A stretch of DNA of 64,000 nt, taken from Squalus acanthias (Eukaryota). How positions within the stretch are numbered: position 1 is the first letter of the stretch; the number at the start of each line of letters is the position of its first letter. Position numbers and translations under genes: made by a program. The stretch is from assembly GCA_030390025.1 (NCBI GenBank), contig CM059432.1, positions 77,502,001-77,566,000 on the forward strand. The letters run 5' to 3'. Shown piece by piece: positions 46,330 through 60,464 of the stretch. Under the pieces are notes generated by a model, which saw only the letters and a list, made by a program, of their open reading frames with translations, searched no databases and was not told the origin of the DNA.

Positions 46330-48264
46330 CTTTATCTTCCTCTTACAGGTGCTCCTACGTGGTGCTTCCCCTGTGGCTTCAGCAGATGAGATGTGGAGGC
46401 CCCTTGCTCACTTTCTTGCTGCTCCTGCCTTGACACCTTTGGCGGGAGTCCTCTAGGGTTACAAGCCTGTGAGGGCTCGGCAACAGTCAGCTGCTCCTGC
46501 GGCTGTGCAGGGCTGAGACGCCGATCTCAGTTGGGTGAGGCCTCTGCAGTGGCATGGTCGTGTGAGCACTTGGAGAGGAGCCCCCATTTCCTTGTTCTCT
46601 GCCACCAACATCCCTCTCATGGGTCAGCCCCACTTCAGAGCTAGCAAGTGGCTTGACAGCACCTTGCTGCACTTCAGGGGGGCCATGAGGACCTGTTTCT
46701 GCACTGGAAGTCCTACTCCAGAGGACTTCCATGAAGGTCTGGTTTCTCTGCTCAATAGCTGACCATCGCTCCTCAAGAGATGTCATTCTATTCTGAACAA
46801 TCACCATGTTTTCAAGACCCTGGCGACTAAGCGCCTCCATGGCCATAGCCATCCTCTCCTCTACGGTAGCCAGCCTTTCCACGGAGGTTGCCATCCTTTC
46901 CGTGATGATGCGTTCATGCGCCACGCCTCCACAAAGGCCCTGCTCATGTTAGCGATGGACTCCTCCATTCGCTCCACACTCACAGCGACCCTGGAGACAA
47001 AACCTGCCAGAGACTCCTGCACCTGTTCCTGGAGTTCCAGCACCACTCTCCTTCTGGATGGACCCGGAGGCACAGGGTCGACATGCAGCGGAGCCGAGCT
47101 GGGAGAGTCCTGCGCCCTCCGACGAGGACTCTCCACTGCTGTCCCTGTCTCCACCATCTGCTGATGCTCACTTGTGAGCTGTGATACACCAGGTGACAAC
47201 TCTACTCTATCTCCCGAAGGTCCCACCGAGGTGTGAGTGTCTGCGCTGGTGCTGGGTGCGCTTAATTCTGCTGACGCTGCGCCCTCAGAGGTTGCAGCTT
47301 CCTTTGAGGTGTCTGGGGGCTCAGGCTGTTCCTCCTGGACAGTGGGGAGGGGAGCAGTCGATGGTCCTGTGGGGGAGTAAAGGAAAGAGTTAGACATGTG
47401 AGATAAACGTTGTATGCACATCGAATTGTGCAGATGATCATAAGTCAATCTGTTAGAGCATCAGAATCAATATCAGTCACTCATACAATGTCAATGAGAG
47501 AGATGAAAAACTATTCTGTCACCAGCTTGCTCTGATGCGCCCGTCTGTCCGTCCCCCACTTGCACATCCTCCTCCACTCCCACGATCTCCAAGGCAGCCT
47601 CCTCTGCAGTGGTGAGCTGGGCTATTGAGGGGGGCCCTCCTCCTGTCCTCGCCCTCTCCCTCTTATTGTGGGCTCTCTTTTCCTGCAATGAGGGATACAA
47701 GTGGAGTTTGAGTGAGAATGAAGGAGTGAGTGTAGAGAATCCATAGCATAGATGCTTAGAAGGACACAAAGATGGAGTGAGGTGCCAAGGCCAAGGGCCC
47801 TCCCTGTGTGTTGTAAGTTGTTGTCATTGCATCACAGTGATAGGGAGTGTGAGGGCTGCATAGTCGAATAGTTAAGTGAATGTTAACATACAGAGAGAAG
47901 GAATGTTTAAGGATACAGGGATGTAAAGGTCAAGTGGGATGTGGAGGAGGAGGTTGACAAACAGCGTGGTGGTGATGAGAGGCAATGGGAATCAGATTGA
48001 GGGTCATGGGGATGGAGTACTCACTTTTCCTGTGCAGAGAAGGTCATGAATCCTCTTTCTGCCCTGCAGCCAGGTTCTGCTGCACATTGAAATGGCATTC
48101 ACCTCCTGTGCCACTTGCAGCCACACAGCTTTGGTCTGTTGTGGAGGCTTTATCAGCCCTGAGGAAGGAAAGAGCACTTCCTTATTCGCTCCTGCTCCCT
48201 CCACAAGAGCTTGGAGGGAGTTCTCATCGAATCGAGGTGTACACTTTGGTCTGGTGCTGGACAT
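46330..48264 (-). pseudogene. Harbinger Myb/SANT-like gene, multi-exon
   Basis: Exon-like peptides PRFD..EVLFP..RTWLQGRKR (48004-48264), EKRAHNKRERARTGGGPP (47491-47769). Confidence 0.75.
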
Positions 48265-48699
48265 GGTTGCAGCAGGAATCCCTCAGAAGTATTATGTTAA
48301 AGTTGAAAGGCTGAAAAAGAACCAAGGCTGCTTGCAGACCTTAAATGCAGCTGCATAGATGACGTCATCGGAGGCGAGTTTCAGCATCAAAAGACTCATT
48401 GGTCCAGGGGATCCCACACGCTGGAAATCAAAAGCCCAATTCGGGCAAAATCGCTCATTTGTCCCACCTCACATCAGAGGCGGGGTCCGGACACGACGAC
48501 CACCTGACACGCCCCCAGCCCGCCCCCATGACAAAATCCAGGCCATTTTCAAGGGGAGACTGGATAGGCACTTGAGGGAAATAAACTTGCAGGGCTACGG
48601 GGATAGAGCGGGAGAATGGGACTGACTGGATTGCTCCACAGAGAGCCGGCACGGACACGATGGGCCGAATGGCCTCCTTCTGTGCCGTTATGACACTAT

Positions 48700-50138
48700 G
48701 GGGACGATTTTCCCAGCCCCGAGGAGGCGGGTTGGAGGCGGGACAGTTGGCAAAATGGCAAAAACTGAGGGCGGGTTCGGAACCCGCCTCCAACCTGCCT
48801 CCGCGCAATTTTGCCGGAGGCGGGTTTGATGGGTGCAATTCGGTCCCGCCTCCATCAGTTGGAATAGGTAGTTAAGACGCTTAAATACTAGTTAAGGGTC
48901 TCTAATCCTATTTTGACAGGCCTTCGTTATTTTACCACAGTTTCTGTGTTGCACGACCCTCCTAAACCATGCTAGCTAATCCTGGTAGGTTATCAAGTGG
49001 GTGGCCTCCTCACAGCTGCAGCTCCACCATTAAAATGGAGCTTTCATCAGGGAGCAGTTGCAGGTGGCAGAACTTTTGTTCCACAGGTCTTTCAGCACTT
49101 TTAGCAGGCCTACCGAAGTCGGAGGTGCTGCAGCTTCTATCTCTCAGATGTGGGACCTCCTTTGAAGACCCTCTCCCCGCTTGGACTGAGTGCTTCCCCA
49201 ACAGAGGTATCTGCCAGCAGCATGGGAACCATTTATTTCCTTTCACCATGGACCTCAGATTCGGATGAAGAGCAGCCACGGCAGCAGCAGAACCAGACAG
49301 CTCAGCAGCAACAGCAGCAGGAGCCCCAACCTCCTGCTCACCCATCTGATGCTGCACAGGGCAGAAGGCGCCAGCGCATGGAAGCACGTCGTGCAAGGAA
49401 TGCACTCATCCTGGCCAGATTTGCATAGGTTACCCATTGTGGCCCATGTGCTTGGCTCCTTCTTAACACATGATAGACAATGGACATGACTCTCTGGCCT
49501 CCTTTCACTCTGACCACCAACCTGACCACGCAAGTGTCGTGGAGCCCACAATGTGGAGCTGCCTAAGCCGAAATAACAGATGCCATCACGCCAACAGTTT
49601 GCCATCACCTAATTTTAATACATTCCCACAGGGATGGCATTTCATCAATAAACAGAAACAATCACCCAATCTGCACACAGATCTGGACGTTATAACTTTT
49701 GCCAGCTGGACCCACACAGCCTTGGTTTCTTTGGGAGGCCTCTAACTCCCAGATGAGGGGAAGAGCACCTCCCTGCTGGCTCTCGCCCCTCAACCAGCAT
49801 ACCCAGCGCCTCATCCGAGAACCTCAGGGAGGCCCTTGCCTTGGAGCTGGCCATTCTTCAAGGAGATAACAGCTTGGAGGTGGTGCAGCATCGACCAAAA
49901 ACCAGTGGAATGAGCCAAGGCAGCAAGCAGCCCTTAAATGAAGCTGGATAAGTGACGTCAGCAGAGGCGAGTTTCAGTCCCAAAACACTAATTGGCCCAG
50001 GGGAACCCACACCTCTGAAATCAACTGGCCAATCAGGGGAAAATCGCAAATTTTTCCCACCTCTCAGTGGAGGCGGGTTTGGAACCCACCCAAACCGAAA
50101 CCCGCCTCCAACCTGCCTCCATTGGGAAAATCGCGCCC
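48700..50138. mobile_element. Internally deleted Harbinger related to 44595-48544
   Basis: TIR GGGGACGATTTTCCCA/TGGGAAAATCGCGCCC; shares [14 protein letters not shown] start. Confidence 0.82.
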
Positions 50139-50679
50139 TTAGACTCTATCGCTGCAGTGCCTTGTACTTAAGACCAAGATGCCACCGTAGCCCTGAAATT
50201 GCGAGTTTCACTTGATCGGAGAGCAATTCGAAGAATCGGCCAATGAAATCAATGCACCAGTTTTGCATCATTCCCAATTTTCTGGCCATTATTATTAATG
50301 GTGCCTCCTCTGTTAGGCAAAGGGTTGGGGGGAATGCCATTTGTGGAATGCAGCAGGTCAGGGCTGAAACTCTGGAGAGGAGAGGATGGGTCAGCATTCT
50401 CGGTGTTCGGAGATCAGGAGGTTATGCAGAACTTGTCTTCATCAATTAAAAAAGAAAAACTTGGAGAGTTGGAAGAGCACGGAATGCTTTTCTACAGGAA
50501 ACGGTTGAGGCCTTTGCAACTTTTAGTGGAAAAATGGATAAATATTTTAAGCAGAGGATGATATAAGGCCATGGGAGAGCACAGGGCAGTGGGATTAGTT
50601 TTGGATTTCTCTAGCAAAGAGCCAGTACACACACAATAAATGGCCTCCTTCTGTGATGTATACTTCTATGATTCCACAT

Positions 50680-51060
50680 AATGCTTTATCACGTTTCAAA
50701 GCATTTCACACAAATTACATCTGAAGTGCAGTTACTGTTAAGTAGACAAACACGGCAGCCAATGTGCACACAGCAGGATCATACAAACAGCAACGTGATA
50801 TCAATCTATTTTGGTGATATTGGTTGAGGGAAGAATGTTGCCAGGACACCGAGGGAATTCCCTGCTCTCCTTCAAATAGTGCCATGGGATCTCTTACATG
50901 ACCAGGCAGACAGCGCTCAGTTTAATATCTCATCTGAAAGACAGCATCTTGGACAATGCAGCAGCACTCACTCAGTACTGCAAGTGTTTAGATAAAGTGC
51001 TCAAGGTATGGAGGAGGATTTGAACCTACTGAGTCAGAAGTGAGAGAGTTCTGAACCAAG
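50680..51060 (-). mobile_element. Degenerate tRNA-derived Deu-type SINE
   Basis: Reverse-complement similarity to 56750-57220. Confidence 0.65.
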
Positions 51061-54024
51061 TCGACACGTAAATTAAGATGAGATTAAATAAGTGAGGTCG
51101 AGCCCATGTTAGGGTTTTTCCCACTGCCTGTCCTTAATGTACATATTGTCACTGAATGATTCCATTATCAGTGCTTTTTTAACAAATGCTGCACATTTTG
51201 ATCATTCATTAGACATTGGAAGGCTGAAGGGAATGTTGTTGGTTACTGTGCAGTTTTCGGAGTTTAGGTCAGGTGACTGGGTGAGAAATGTGCCCTCTCC
51301 ACCCTTAAACTCCGCCCTTAATGCAAGAGGTAACTAACACCCGATTAATCATCAATCCCACTTTGTTTTGTTTTAAATTTTGAAACAGTATCAATTGTAA
51401 CAATATGATTTGATTATTTCAAATATTATTTTTTCCCCCTCATTGTCAAGTGCAATTTCCATGTGGAATTGGTGGGCGGGGGGTGGGGGAGGGAGAATAT
51501 GTTCCTCTCCATCCTGCATTAACATACTCCATTTTTAGATGTAAATGTAAGACAGACTGAGCTGTTTGTACAAACAAATCTCTTTCTCCTACACCACCCC
51601 CCCAAACCAAAGTCACATCTTCAGTTGAGTGCTACATTAAGTGGCTGAAAACTCCACTAGCATGGAACAGTATCAGCAGAACTTGCGAGTACTGCCAAAA
51701 GGTGTTCGGGTGTCTAGGCACCTGCCAGCTGTTTGTACCTTGTATTAAAAGACATCATGTTCCCAATTTTCTTCAATAAAACAAGGAATCTGGCAATTTG
51801 TGTTGTCTGCTTCTGGAGAAGGATCACAGTTCAGGTTCAGTCAGTTGGAAAAGAATTGGAGAGAACAGGCCACTGTTCCCTGTGCAGCTTGCTGTCACAG
51901 TTTGACTGACAAACTGACTTTTGAGGTGTTCTTGCCCATTCCAGTCACAGTTTATTGAAGGTGATTTTGATCTTCTCTGTGAGGCCGCAGCAGTGGCCAT
52001 GCCATCTGTCACCTTGATTGCATCTGAGATTCTCTGGAGAGAGCACGATGGCTCCTGATCGTTTACAGATTGTGCTGCTTTCGCCTCCATAAGGACCACA
52101 TGCACAGAGCCAGATGGTGAACATACACGCTTATTATGAGTCTTTATCTCTGTGCAGGAAGGATAGGAACCATTAGATCTCCCTCAGGAGCCCAGCTCTT
52201 TTCTAACATCATGCTGTTTCTCAGCAAATACAGACTTATTCAGCTGTCATCACCCTACCTCCAGATTATTTGCAAAAGGGAGAGAAAGAGAAAGGAAACA
52301 AGCATTTTATCAGCTGTGTAAAGTCAGACTCAGGTATTTCTGACTGCACCCCACCATGAAGAATTATTGGCAATGTGAGACTTGTAGTTTCAATGCTTGC
52401 TGTGTATAATAAACCAGACTTTGGGGATGTTGCCAGCACTCCTCACCTTACAAAGAATAACAGCCACTCATTTAGGCCCAGCTGCAAAAAGTGAAAAATG
52501 TTCTGCTGTTTAAATTCTGTCAGCACCTGCAATTATCCCTGTTCCAAAACCAGCAGAGAGAAAAACACACCATTGTGCTTCTGCTTTATACAGTGTACAG
52601 GGTATTATGCAATCTCATATTGATTTCTTATAATAATGACTACATAATAATCCAGCTATTGAAATGGGCACTGAGCAATGATAGTATGCAATCCTTTTTT
52701 TAATGTATTTTCATATGCAAGATCGAAATTAAAAGAGGACTCTATTCACCATGATAGGCTGTGTATTTTATAATGCAATCGAATATACAAATTCTTTCCC
52801 CTCCCCGGTGCACTTGCTTAAAATTATATCCTTTTAAACTGCACTGTTGTTGTCTTATTATTTTCTCTCTCCCCCCTTCCCCAGTGTGGACATTAATTAA
52901 TATATTATGCGTACCAAGTAAAGCGGCTGTGTTGGGTGCAGCATCACACCATGCCGCTGACATCACACCGATTGTCCTTCATCACATGCTATCTATTTAT
53001 TTGTGTCATAAACTCTCGGTGTCATGAAGATGAGCCTCCTTTGTGCACGGAGGCAAGAAAAAAAAGACCTTGTGTATATATTATACAAAATAACAGATGG
53101 TTCGGGATGAATTGTAGGCTTGTATGGGGTCCCTCGTTAGTCTGGGGCTTATGTGTGCAAGAATGGTTGCACCACTTGCATGTATATTGAATTAACACCA
53201 GCTTGGGAATGCCCACACATCACTCCTGAACACCTCTTATTCTATATGTAATAGAGAAATATCTTACATTATAGTTACTGCTGTTATGTGACTGTTAACA
53301 ATTTAAAACACTCTGGTTAATTTATACTACCACGATTTGTAACTGTTATTGAAACGTAGCTAATTTTTCGCTGCTCCACCCTAGGGAAGCTGAAGCAAAC
53401 TGTTTTCCCCAGATGCCGCCCTGGCTGAGATCAGCTCACTCAGCACAGACCAGGGCTCAAATCTAGGACCTTTGTCGTCTGTGCAGTTGAACACCACACA
53501 AGGCAGTGAACCCACTAACTAAACCACCAGCAGGAGTTCTTTCAGCCTATCGTAATCCATGTTCTACAATTTTTCATTGCACATTGACTTGATTGGATAT
53601 ATTTTATTAAATAGAAACGGGCTGTTCCATTTTATCCCTCACATTGATGCTTTTACTCATGGAAGAAAGTAATCTCCATGGTGTTGCTAAATCTGATGTT
53701 CTATCTGTAATGTACAGACTATTCTGGTAAAGAATGATATATGAACAAAGGAGCTGTGGTGTCAGTGGGGGGCACTGGACATGACTGAAGCACTTTCCCA
53801 GAGTACAGATGGGAATTTAAAGGATAACTCGACTCAGTGCTTTCATGTCCCTCCTGGAATCTCATAGACCAAGGCCTTGAGCATGTTGACTGCATGTACT
53901 GTTGGTTAGGTGATGGTGAATGTCAGTGAAGGACCCAACAAGGAAGTGAAAATAACTTAGAAAAGACAGATCATTCATTTTATCTGGTTCTTCAGCGGTT
54001 AATAACCTTTTAGAAATAAAACTA

Positions 54025-54615
54025 AAGCTTGGATTTTAACACCCAGCGGGAGCCATGCGGATGGGGGCGAGGTGAATTGGAAACTGTCCGGTGCTCCGCA
54101 GCACCAGGCCCAGATTTTAACACCCAAGCCTCATTTGCATAGGCGCCGTCGGTCTCCCAGCCAAACGTGGCGGGAAGCACTACCTGATCGGAAGGATAAT
54201 GCGGCATTTCAGGTGGCAGAAGGCCAGTACCGCTCCGAAAGGAGCGTTCCCCGGCAGTCAGATTAATGCTTAGGAGCGGGGTTAGGAGTGTCTCCGGTTG
54301 GGGAAGGGAGAGTCAAGAGAGGCCCACAAAGAAACAAACATTTTTTTTAAAATAACTTACTTTTCTGGGCCTCTTCCGTTCTCGGCTCTGTTTGTCACCA
54401 GGTTGGCCTGGAGGAGAGGCTACGACGGCGTCCCCACTCAAGCTTCAGGTTAAAATTGCAGTTGGGCCCTGATGCCTGGTGTCCCATACACCTGCTTAAA
54501 CGACCAGGTTAAAATTGCAACCCGTAGGAAGGTAGTGGGGTCGGAGAGGGTAAGTCACTCTCGCCATTTTAACTGCCCACCCGTTCAGTTTCTGCCGGGC
54601 GGACAGGGTCAAAAT
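54025..54615. mobile_element. MITE-like element
   Basis: GC-rich island with recurring GATTTTAAC/GTTAAAAT inverted motifs; boundaries approximate. Confidence 0.45.
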
Positions 54616-56129
54616 TAGGTAATACGGGGAGATTCAAAAACAAAAAAAATGCAAAAAATAAATAACTTGGCCCTGTAATTCCTCAAATGGTGATCTTGGT
54701 AGTTATGCTTAGGGAATTCCCACCCCAGCTCCACCCCTCGCCATCATTTGCCATGTAAGAGGCAGACCAAAGTTCCACTTCTTATAAGGAAAGAAGTCAA
54801 GTCTCCATTATTCTCCCAGGAATTCCGCTGGTGTCTCACTGGGGTTACAATGGGAGGCCCGTGGAATCCCCACAGAGTTTCAGCTCCTAGAAAAAAAGTT
54901 ACCTGGATGAGAGTTACATGACTGTAAATTAATCAAAGGGGTAAAATGAAATTAAGATGTCACCTAACCCCCAGGTTAGATTACAGCCTTGTAACTCGCT
55001 CTGAGGAATCTATTATTCTGTGTTATTGTAAAACGGATGGTGATCATACCATGGGTATGGCCGAGAAATTGGACATACGCTCAAAATGGGTGGCAAGTTT
55101 GCAAAGGAGTTGGTTTGTGCGCCTTGAAATTGGGCCTCGGATCTGATTTGCATTAAACAAGTGAGCTGCGGGCACCAATGGAGTTTGCCAGTTGGGTCCT
55201 GACCAATTCCGACCGGATCCAATGCAAAGCTCGCCTGCGGGCAGGTCCTGAGAGCAGGATGGAGGCAAAGTGGAGGGGGGAAGGTCTAGGTTGGCAGCGG
55301 TCTGCAGTATTTTTGTGGCGCTCTCCTGCTTCTCCTGGCTGCACAGAAATGCAACTATGACCTTTTTTGAGTGGCCTTCAGCGGTCCCTTTAAGGACAGC
55401 TAGTTAGGTTGCTCAAGACCCGGAACAAATGAGCAGAACATGTTGTTCGCCCATCTGTAAACAAATTTTAATTGGGATCCTATAACCGGCGTTAGGACCA
55501 TGATTCACATATTTAGTTCACCTAGCGCCTGTTTGAGGTGGGCACTCTGCAGACCGAGAAACAATTTTAGAATTGCACAATATTTTGTTGCCTATTCTTG
55601 GAGTTAAAAAATGACCTCAAAGGAAATCTACATTGCAATCTGCAGTCTACCCCTTTTAATCCAAAGTTGCTTAATTTGAATGATCTATTAATTCCATTTT
55701 TTATTCCAGCAAAATAAAAGACTTCATATACTCAACTGTTCAAATACTAGACAATAGCCAAGAAATTAATTGACACCATGCCAATTTTACAGGATTAAAA
55801 TGACACCTAAGCACCCAAAAAGGCAGGCGGCGTGCAGGTGCTCATTCCGCGCCGGAGGTGCACCATCTGCCATATTGGTAAAGGCTCCAGCATAGGTGTC
55901 CAGGGCCCAGGCCTGAAACAGGCGATCGGCCCCTTGCTTATGCTTGTTGGAGGCCTCCTTTGCAAAATTTGTTAGGGTCATTATTCTCGGTCGCTTGGCA
56001 GCCAAACTTGCAGTACTGAAAGGTAATTCTTAATTTTTTTTAATTTATCTTATTGTGGAGCTGCTCTCAGCTCGAAATTAAATTTTAGTGTCACTGCCAG
56101 CCACCGCTCGACCCCCACCCCCTGATTTT

Positions 56130-56450
56130 TTTTCATTTGTTCCTGGGATGTGGGCGTCGCTGGCAAAGCCAGCATTTATTGTCCATCCCTAATTGTCCTT
56201 GAGAAGGTGGTGGTGAGCCGCCTTCTTGAACCGCTGCAGTCCGTGTGGTGATGGTACTCCCACAGTGCTGTTAGGGAGGGAGTTCCAGGATTTTGACCCA
56301 GCGACGATGAAGGATCAGCGATATACTTCCAAGTCAGGATGGTGTGTAACTTGGAGGGGAACTTGGAGGTGATGGTGTTCCCATGCGCCTGCTACCCTTG
56401 TCCTTATAGGTGGTAGAGGTCGCGGGTTTGGGAGGTGCTGTCGAAGAAGA
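56130..56450 (-). mobile_element. LINE ORF2 C-terminus and 3'UTR (clade not assigned)
   Basis: Translates to ..RQHLPNPRPLPP..DLEVYR*SFIVAGSKSWNSLP... Confidence 0.65.
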
Positions 56451-56749
56451 TTGTCTCCCACTCCCTGGACTCCAATTGCAACCTTGACCGGTGTTCGAAC
56501 TAGCCAATCTTGGTGCATCCCAGGAGCGGCGAGGTGCTTCTGGGGCCAGTTTATTACTGGCACCTGCAGCTCACCAGTAATAAACGAATGAGGTCGGCAG
56601 ACCAACTTCCTGTGGTCCTGCCACTGGCCTGATCCAATCTCTAGGCCTGTATATCTCAACTGAAATCTTTGAAGGTTGATATGTTCAAATTTTGATGCAT
56701 TCCCCTTGACTGAGTTATACACAAATCACTGAAGTAAATGGCATCGTCT

Positions 56750-57220
56750 GTCAGCTGTGGCTCAGTTGGTAGCGCACTTGCCTTCTGAGTCAGAAGGTTA
56801 TGGGTTCAAGTCCCAGTCCAGCGACTTGAGCACATAAAGCTAGGCTGACACTCCAGTGCAGTGCTGAGGAATTGCTGCACTGTCGGAGGTGCCGTCTTTT
56901 GGATGAGACGTTAAACCGAGGCCCCATCTGCTTTCTCAGGTGGACGTAAAAGATCCCGTGGCACTATTTCAAAGAAGAGCAGGGGAGTTAACCCCGGTGT
57001 CCTGGCCAATATTTATCCCTCAACCAACATAACAAAAACAGATTTTCTGGTCATTATCACATTGCTGTTTGTGGGAGCTTGCTGTGCGCAAATTGGCTGC
57101 CGCGTTTCCCACATTACAACAAGTGACTCCACTTCAAAAAGTACTTCATTGGCTGTTAAGTGCTTTGAGACGTCCGGTGGTCGTGAAAGGCGCTATATAA
57201 ATGCAAGTCTTTCTTTCTTT
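56750..57220 (+). mobile_element. Full-length tRNA-derived SINE (SacSINE1/DeuSINE-like)
   Basis: A box TGGCTCAGTTGG, B box GGTTCAAGTCC, central domain, L2-like tail GCTATATAAATGCAAGTCTTTCTTTCTT. Confidence 0.82.
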
Positions 57221-57814
57221 AATTTCGAGTGAATTATCCTCGAAACAACAATTACAGCCAGAATAATGGCAATTAATAATTAGATAGGACAGGTCACTAT
57301 TGCTATATGAAGTACTGAGTCAAGTTAAGTATAGTCCTAGTATTAATTAGTTACCCATATCAAATGATCAAGTTAAATCCTTTTGCCAGTTGACTGGACT
57401 GTACAGGAAGTATTCCATGTACTCTGAGTTGAGCATATCCTTCTAGCAACTGAACTATTACATATAAATAAGAATACAATGAATGGTATTAATGGAAATA
57501 AATATTTGGGATTTGGTTTCAGAGCCTATTAAATCTGGGTATGAAGGGTAATGCCAAATTGTGATCCCAAAGGCCATTGAAGAAGTTTCCTTCCATAATA
57601 GAACACAGATTAACCATCACTAGTACCATTACAAACTTTGGAGTCAATCCCACCTCTACTCAATGAGTATCAGATAAAGACATCATCCAGCAAGACTGAT
57701 CAACCCAGTCCACCAACAGCAACAGGAAAAATGGACACATCTCCTTACTAGCGCAACAGTGAAAACTAGTACATTAATTACAACTGAACTGCTAAGGGCA
57801 GGCCATAACAATAT

Positions 57815-57875
57815 TATACATATATATTATATATATATGTGTGTGTGTGCGTGTTTGTATATATGTGTGTGTGTA
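57815..57875. repeat. (TA)n/(TG)n microsatellite
   Basis: Direct reading. Confidence 0.8.
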
Positions 57876-58234
57876 TTGCATATCTGAGCATATATAAAAT
57901 CTTACATCTGCGGTCACTTTCTATCTGCACAACTCGACTTACTGTCTTCACATTTTTGTGTCAGCTTTTGCCCATTATAAATTCATTTGTCCACATTTAC
58001 AATGGATTATGTCTATGCAAAATCATCACTAAGATTGTGCAATATGGCCACCAGACAAATTGCTCAAAATGCTTTCTCCAAATTTTGTCAACCATCATTT
58101 TTCTCAGTGCTTGATATTTCTAAAGTCCAAAATAAGGGTTTAAACAAAATTTAAAAATCAAAAATTGCATTTGTCATAATAACACGATTAAATGTATCCA
58201 TTGAATTGTCTCTGGTGTCTTTTACGCCTTCATT

Positions 58235-58695
58235 AAAAAGAAAGATAGCGGTTTTCACAACCTCTGGACATCCTGATCTGCTCTACAGCCAACTTTACTT
58301 TACTTTTTAAAGTGTAGTCACTGTTATAATGTAGGATTCGCAGCAGCCAGTGTGTGCACAGCAAGATCCCACTAACAGCAATGTGATAATAACCAGATAA
58401 TCTGTTTTAGTGATGTTAGTTGAGTGATAAATGTTGGCCAGGACACCAGGAAGAACTCCCTTGCTCTTCTTCAAAAAGTGCCAGGAGATTTTTTTCATCC
58501 ACCTGAGAGAGCAGATAGGGCCTCAGTTTAATGTTTCATCCAAAAGACGACACTTCCAACAGTGCAGTACTTCGTCAGTACTGCACTGGAGTGTCAGCCT
58601 AGATTATGTGCTCAAGTCTGTGGAGTGGTGCTTGAACCCACCACCTTCTAACTGAGAGGTGAGAGTGCTACCATTGAGTCACATCTGACACCAGC
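58235..58695 (-). mobile_element. Same SINE family, reverse orientation
   Basis: Reverse-complement similarity to 56750-57220. Confidence 0.78.
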
Positions 58696-60464
58696 TGTGT
58701 TTGAAGGCCCAAGCTTATCCCAAAAGCTTCAGTTTATACTTGATATTGACTCTAAACTGCATTTCGATTGTGTATTCTGAGCAGGAGCATTGTTCCTAAT
58801 TTCAGCTTGCGTCAGTTCTGTTCTGTCAACAGAACTGATGGATTTTTTTCCAGTTTCTGCTTAAATGTTTTTCAAAATTATTTGAAGAAAAGCTAGAGGA
58901 CAAATTTTAACATCTTTATTCAAGTAATATTTATTTTGCGTGCTTTTTAAAAAAAAGAGCTGCATGAGTTTTTTTTAAACAGTGTGAGTGTGAGTATGAA
59001 TATGAGTATGACTACAAGTGATTGAAAAGAAGACTACTGATTCCACACCTAATGTAGTTCTTGTTTTGTATTCTATACACTTCGGATAGTGTGCTAAGCT
59101 CAGATGGACAAGGTGCGGGGGGGGAGTGAATTTCTGAGGGGGTTCTCAATTGTGTGCCATAACGTCAAAGGAAGTGCTGCAGAAAGCTTGGAATATGACA
59201 TAATCACCACTTAAGCTGTTTTTCTGGTGGATCTGTAGCTCTTCCACTGAAGTGAGTGAGAGAATCCCTGTGGAAATTCACCTCCAAGGTTTGTAACATA
59301 ATAATGACATTAAAAATGACAGCTCGGAAATCCAAGAGTGCTGAGATGTGGTATAATCTCAGCAAGGGGGCTTCAATTTTGGGCGGAACTTGGATCTAAC
59401 AGGTTTACATTTCAGGAACCACTCGCTGGAAATTGAACATCAAGGGTGGGGGGCAGGTAGTTGCTTCGAAAGCTTGTTCCATTTATATCCTGCACTGACT
59501 ACTGAGTGGGGGAGGGCAATATCCACAAGGTATTCTGCCCAACTGGCTCTTGTTAGGCCCAGTGGATCCCAAGCATGACAAGAACAGGAATGGCTTCCGT
59601 TCTGATCCTCCTGAAGGCCCCAAAGACATAAAGGACCAAGCATGCGCTCCCCCAGTTCACTGCAGGGACATAATTTTTTTTCATTATTCAACTTCAGCCC
59701 ATTAAGGTCTTGGGCCTCCTCCCTCAGAGTTTCTGGCAGCAGAAGGACGAGCTCCTTTGCTGCTCCTCTGTAGCTTCAGCGGGTCTATTCCAAATATTTA
59801 AATGACTCCATCCCAGGGATATGAGATGGGGGGTCAACATCCTTACAAACCGATGGGTGGAGGTCCTGCCCACCAAACACCTGCCCCATTAAAAGGCTCA
59901 GAGGGATTTCGGGCCCCACATATTCACAGTAACATCACTAAACTCACCCATAAAATTGTCTTTTATTTCTTTGAGTACTTACATTACCATTTTCACTCAG
60001 AGACCTCAACCTCTCTGATAATCCTAGTGTTGGAGTTGATAGGGCTGAATAGAGGTAACAGCTGTACCTGTGACTGGAGTTCCCAGATACATACGTAATG
60101 TCACACTGATGGACTACTCGCAGAGTACATCAGTGTCAATGTGTGTGTCACTCTGTTGGAGTACACCTCCGAGAACACACTTAACACCACCACTGTCTCC
60201 TCAGTTTAATACAGAACTTAACTGGAAGGGTGAAGCTTACAAAAAGAAAGTCCTTTCTCATTCTGTTATAGGCCAGTTTTGCTTTCAATTCTAAAAAATT
60301 CTGATGCTTTAAAGACAGATTTTGATTTTCGAATTGAACAATCAAAAAATCTCTGTCCCACATATAACTCTGATTGTTTTTCTCTGGATATGATTTCCAA
60401 TCTCAGCAGAGCCACTATCATGTTATATTCCAGGCAATATTAAACAAGTACAAATACACAAATC

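Larger units (their letters stand above)
44595..48544. mobile_element. Near full-length PIF/Harbinger transposon with convergent transposase and Myb/SANT genes
   Basis: TIR GGGCTCAATTTTGCCA / TGACAAAATCCAGGCC; both gene remnants present. Confidence 0.88.
44150..48695 (+). mobile_element. CR1 3' fragment (44150-44594 + 48545-48695) split by Harbinger
   Basis: [21 protein letters not shown]; continues TTCAAGGGGAGACTGGATAGG after the Harbinger. Confidence 0.85.

Noticed and set aside
51824..52105. 93-aa ORF as a host exon
   Set aside because: No recognisable domain or convincing splice sites.
56750..56825. tRNA gene
   Set aside because: A/B boxes run straight into a SINE body and L2-like tail; it is a SINE head.
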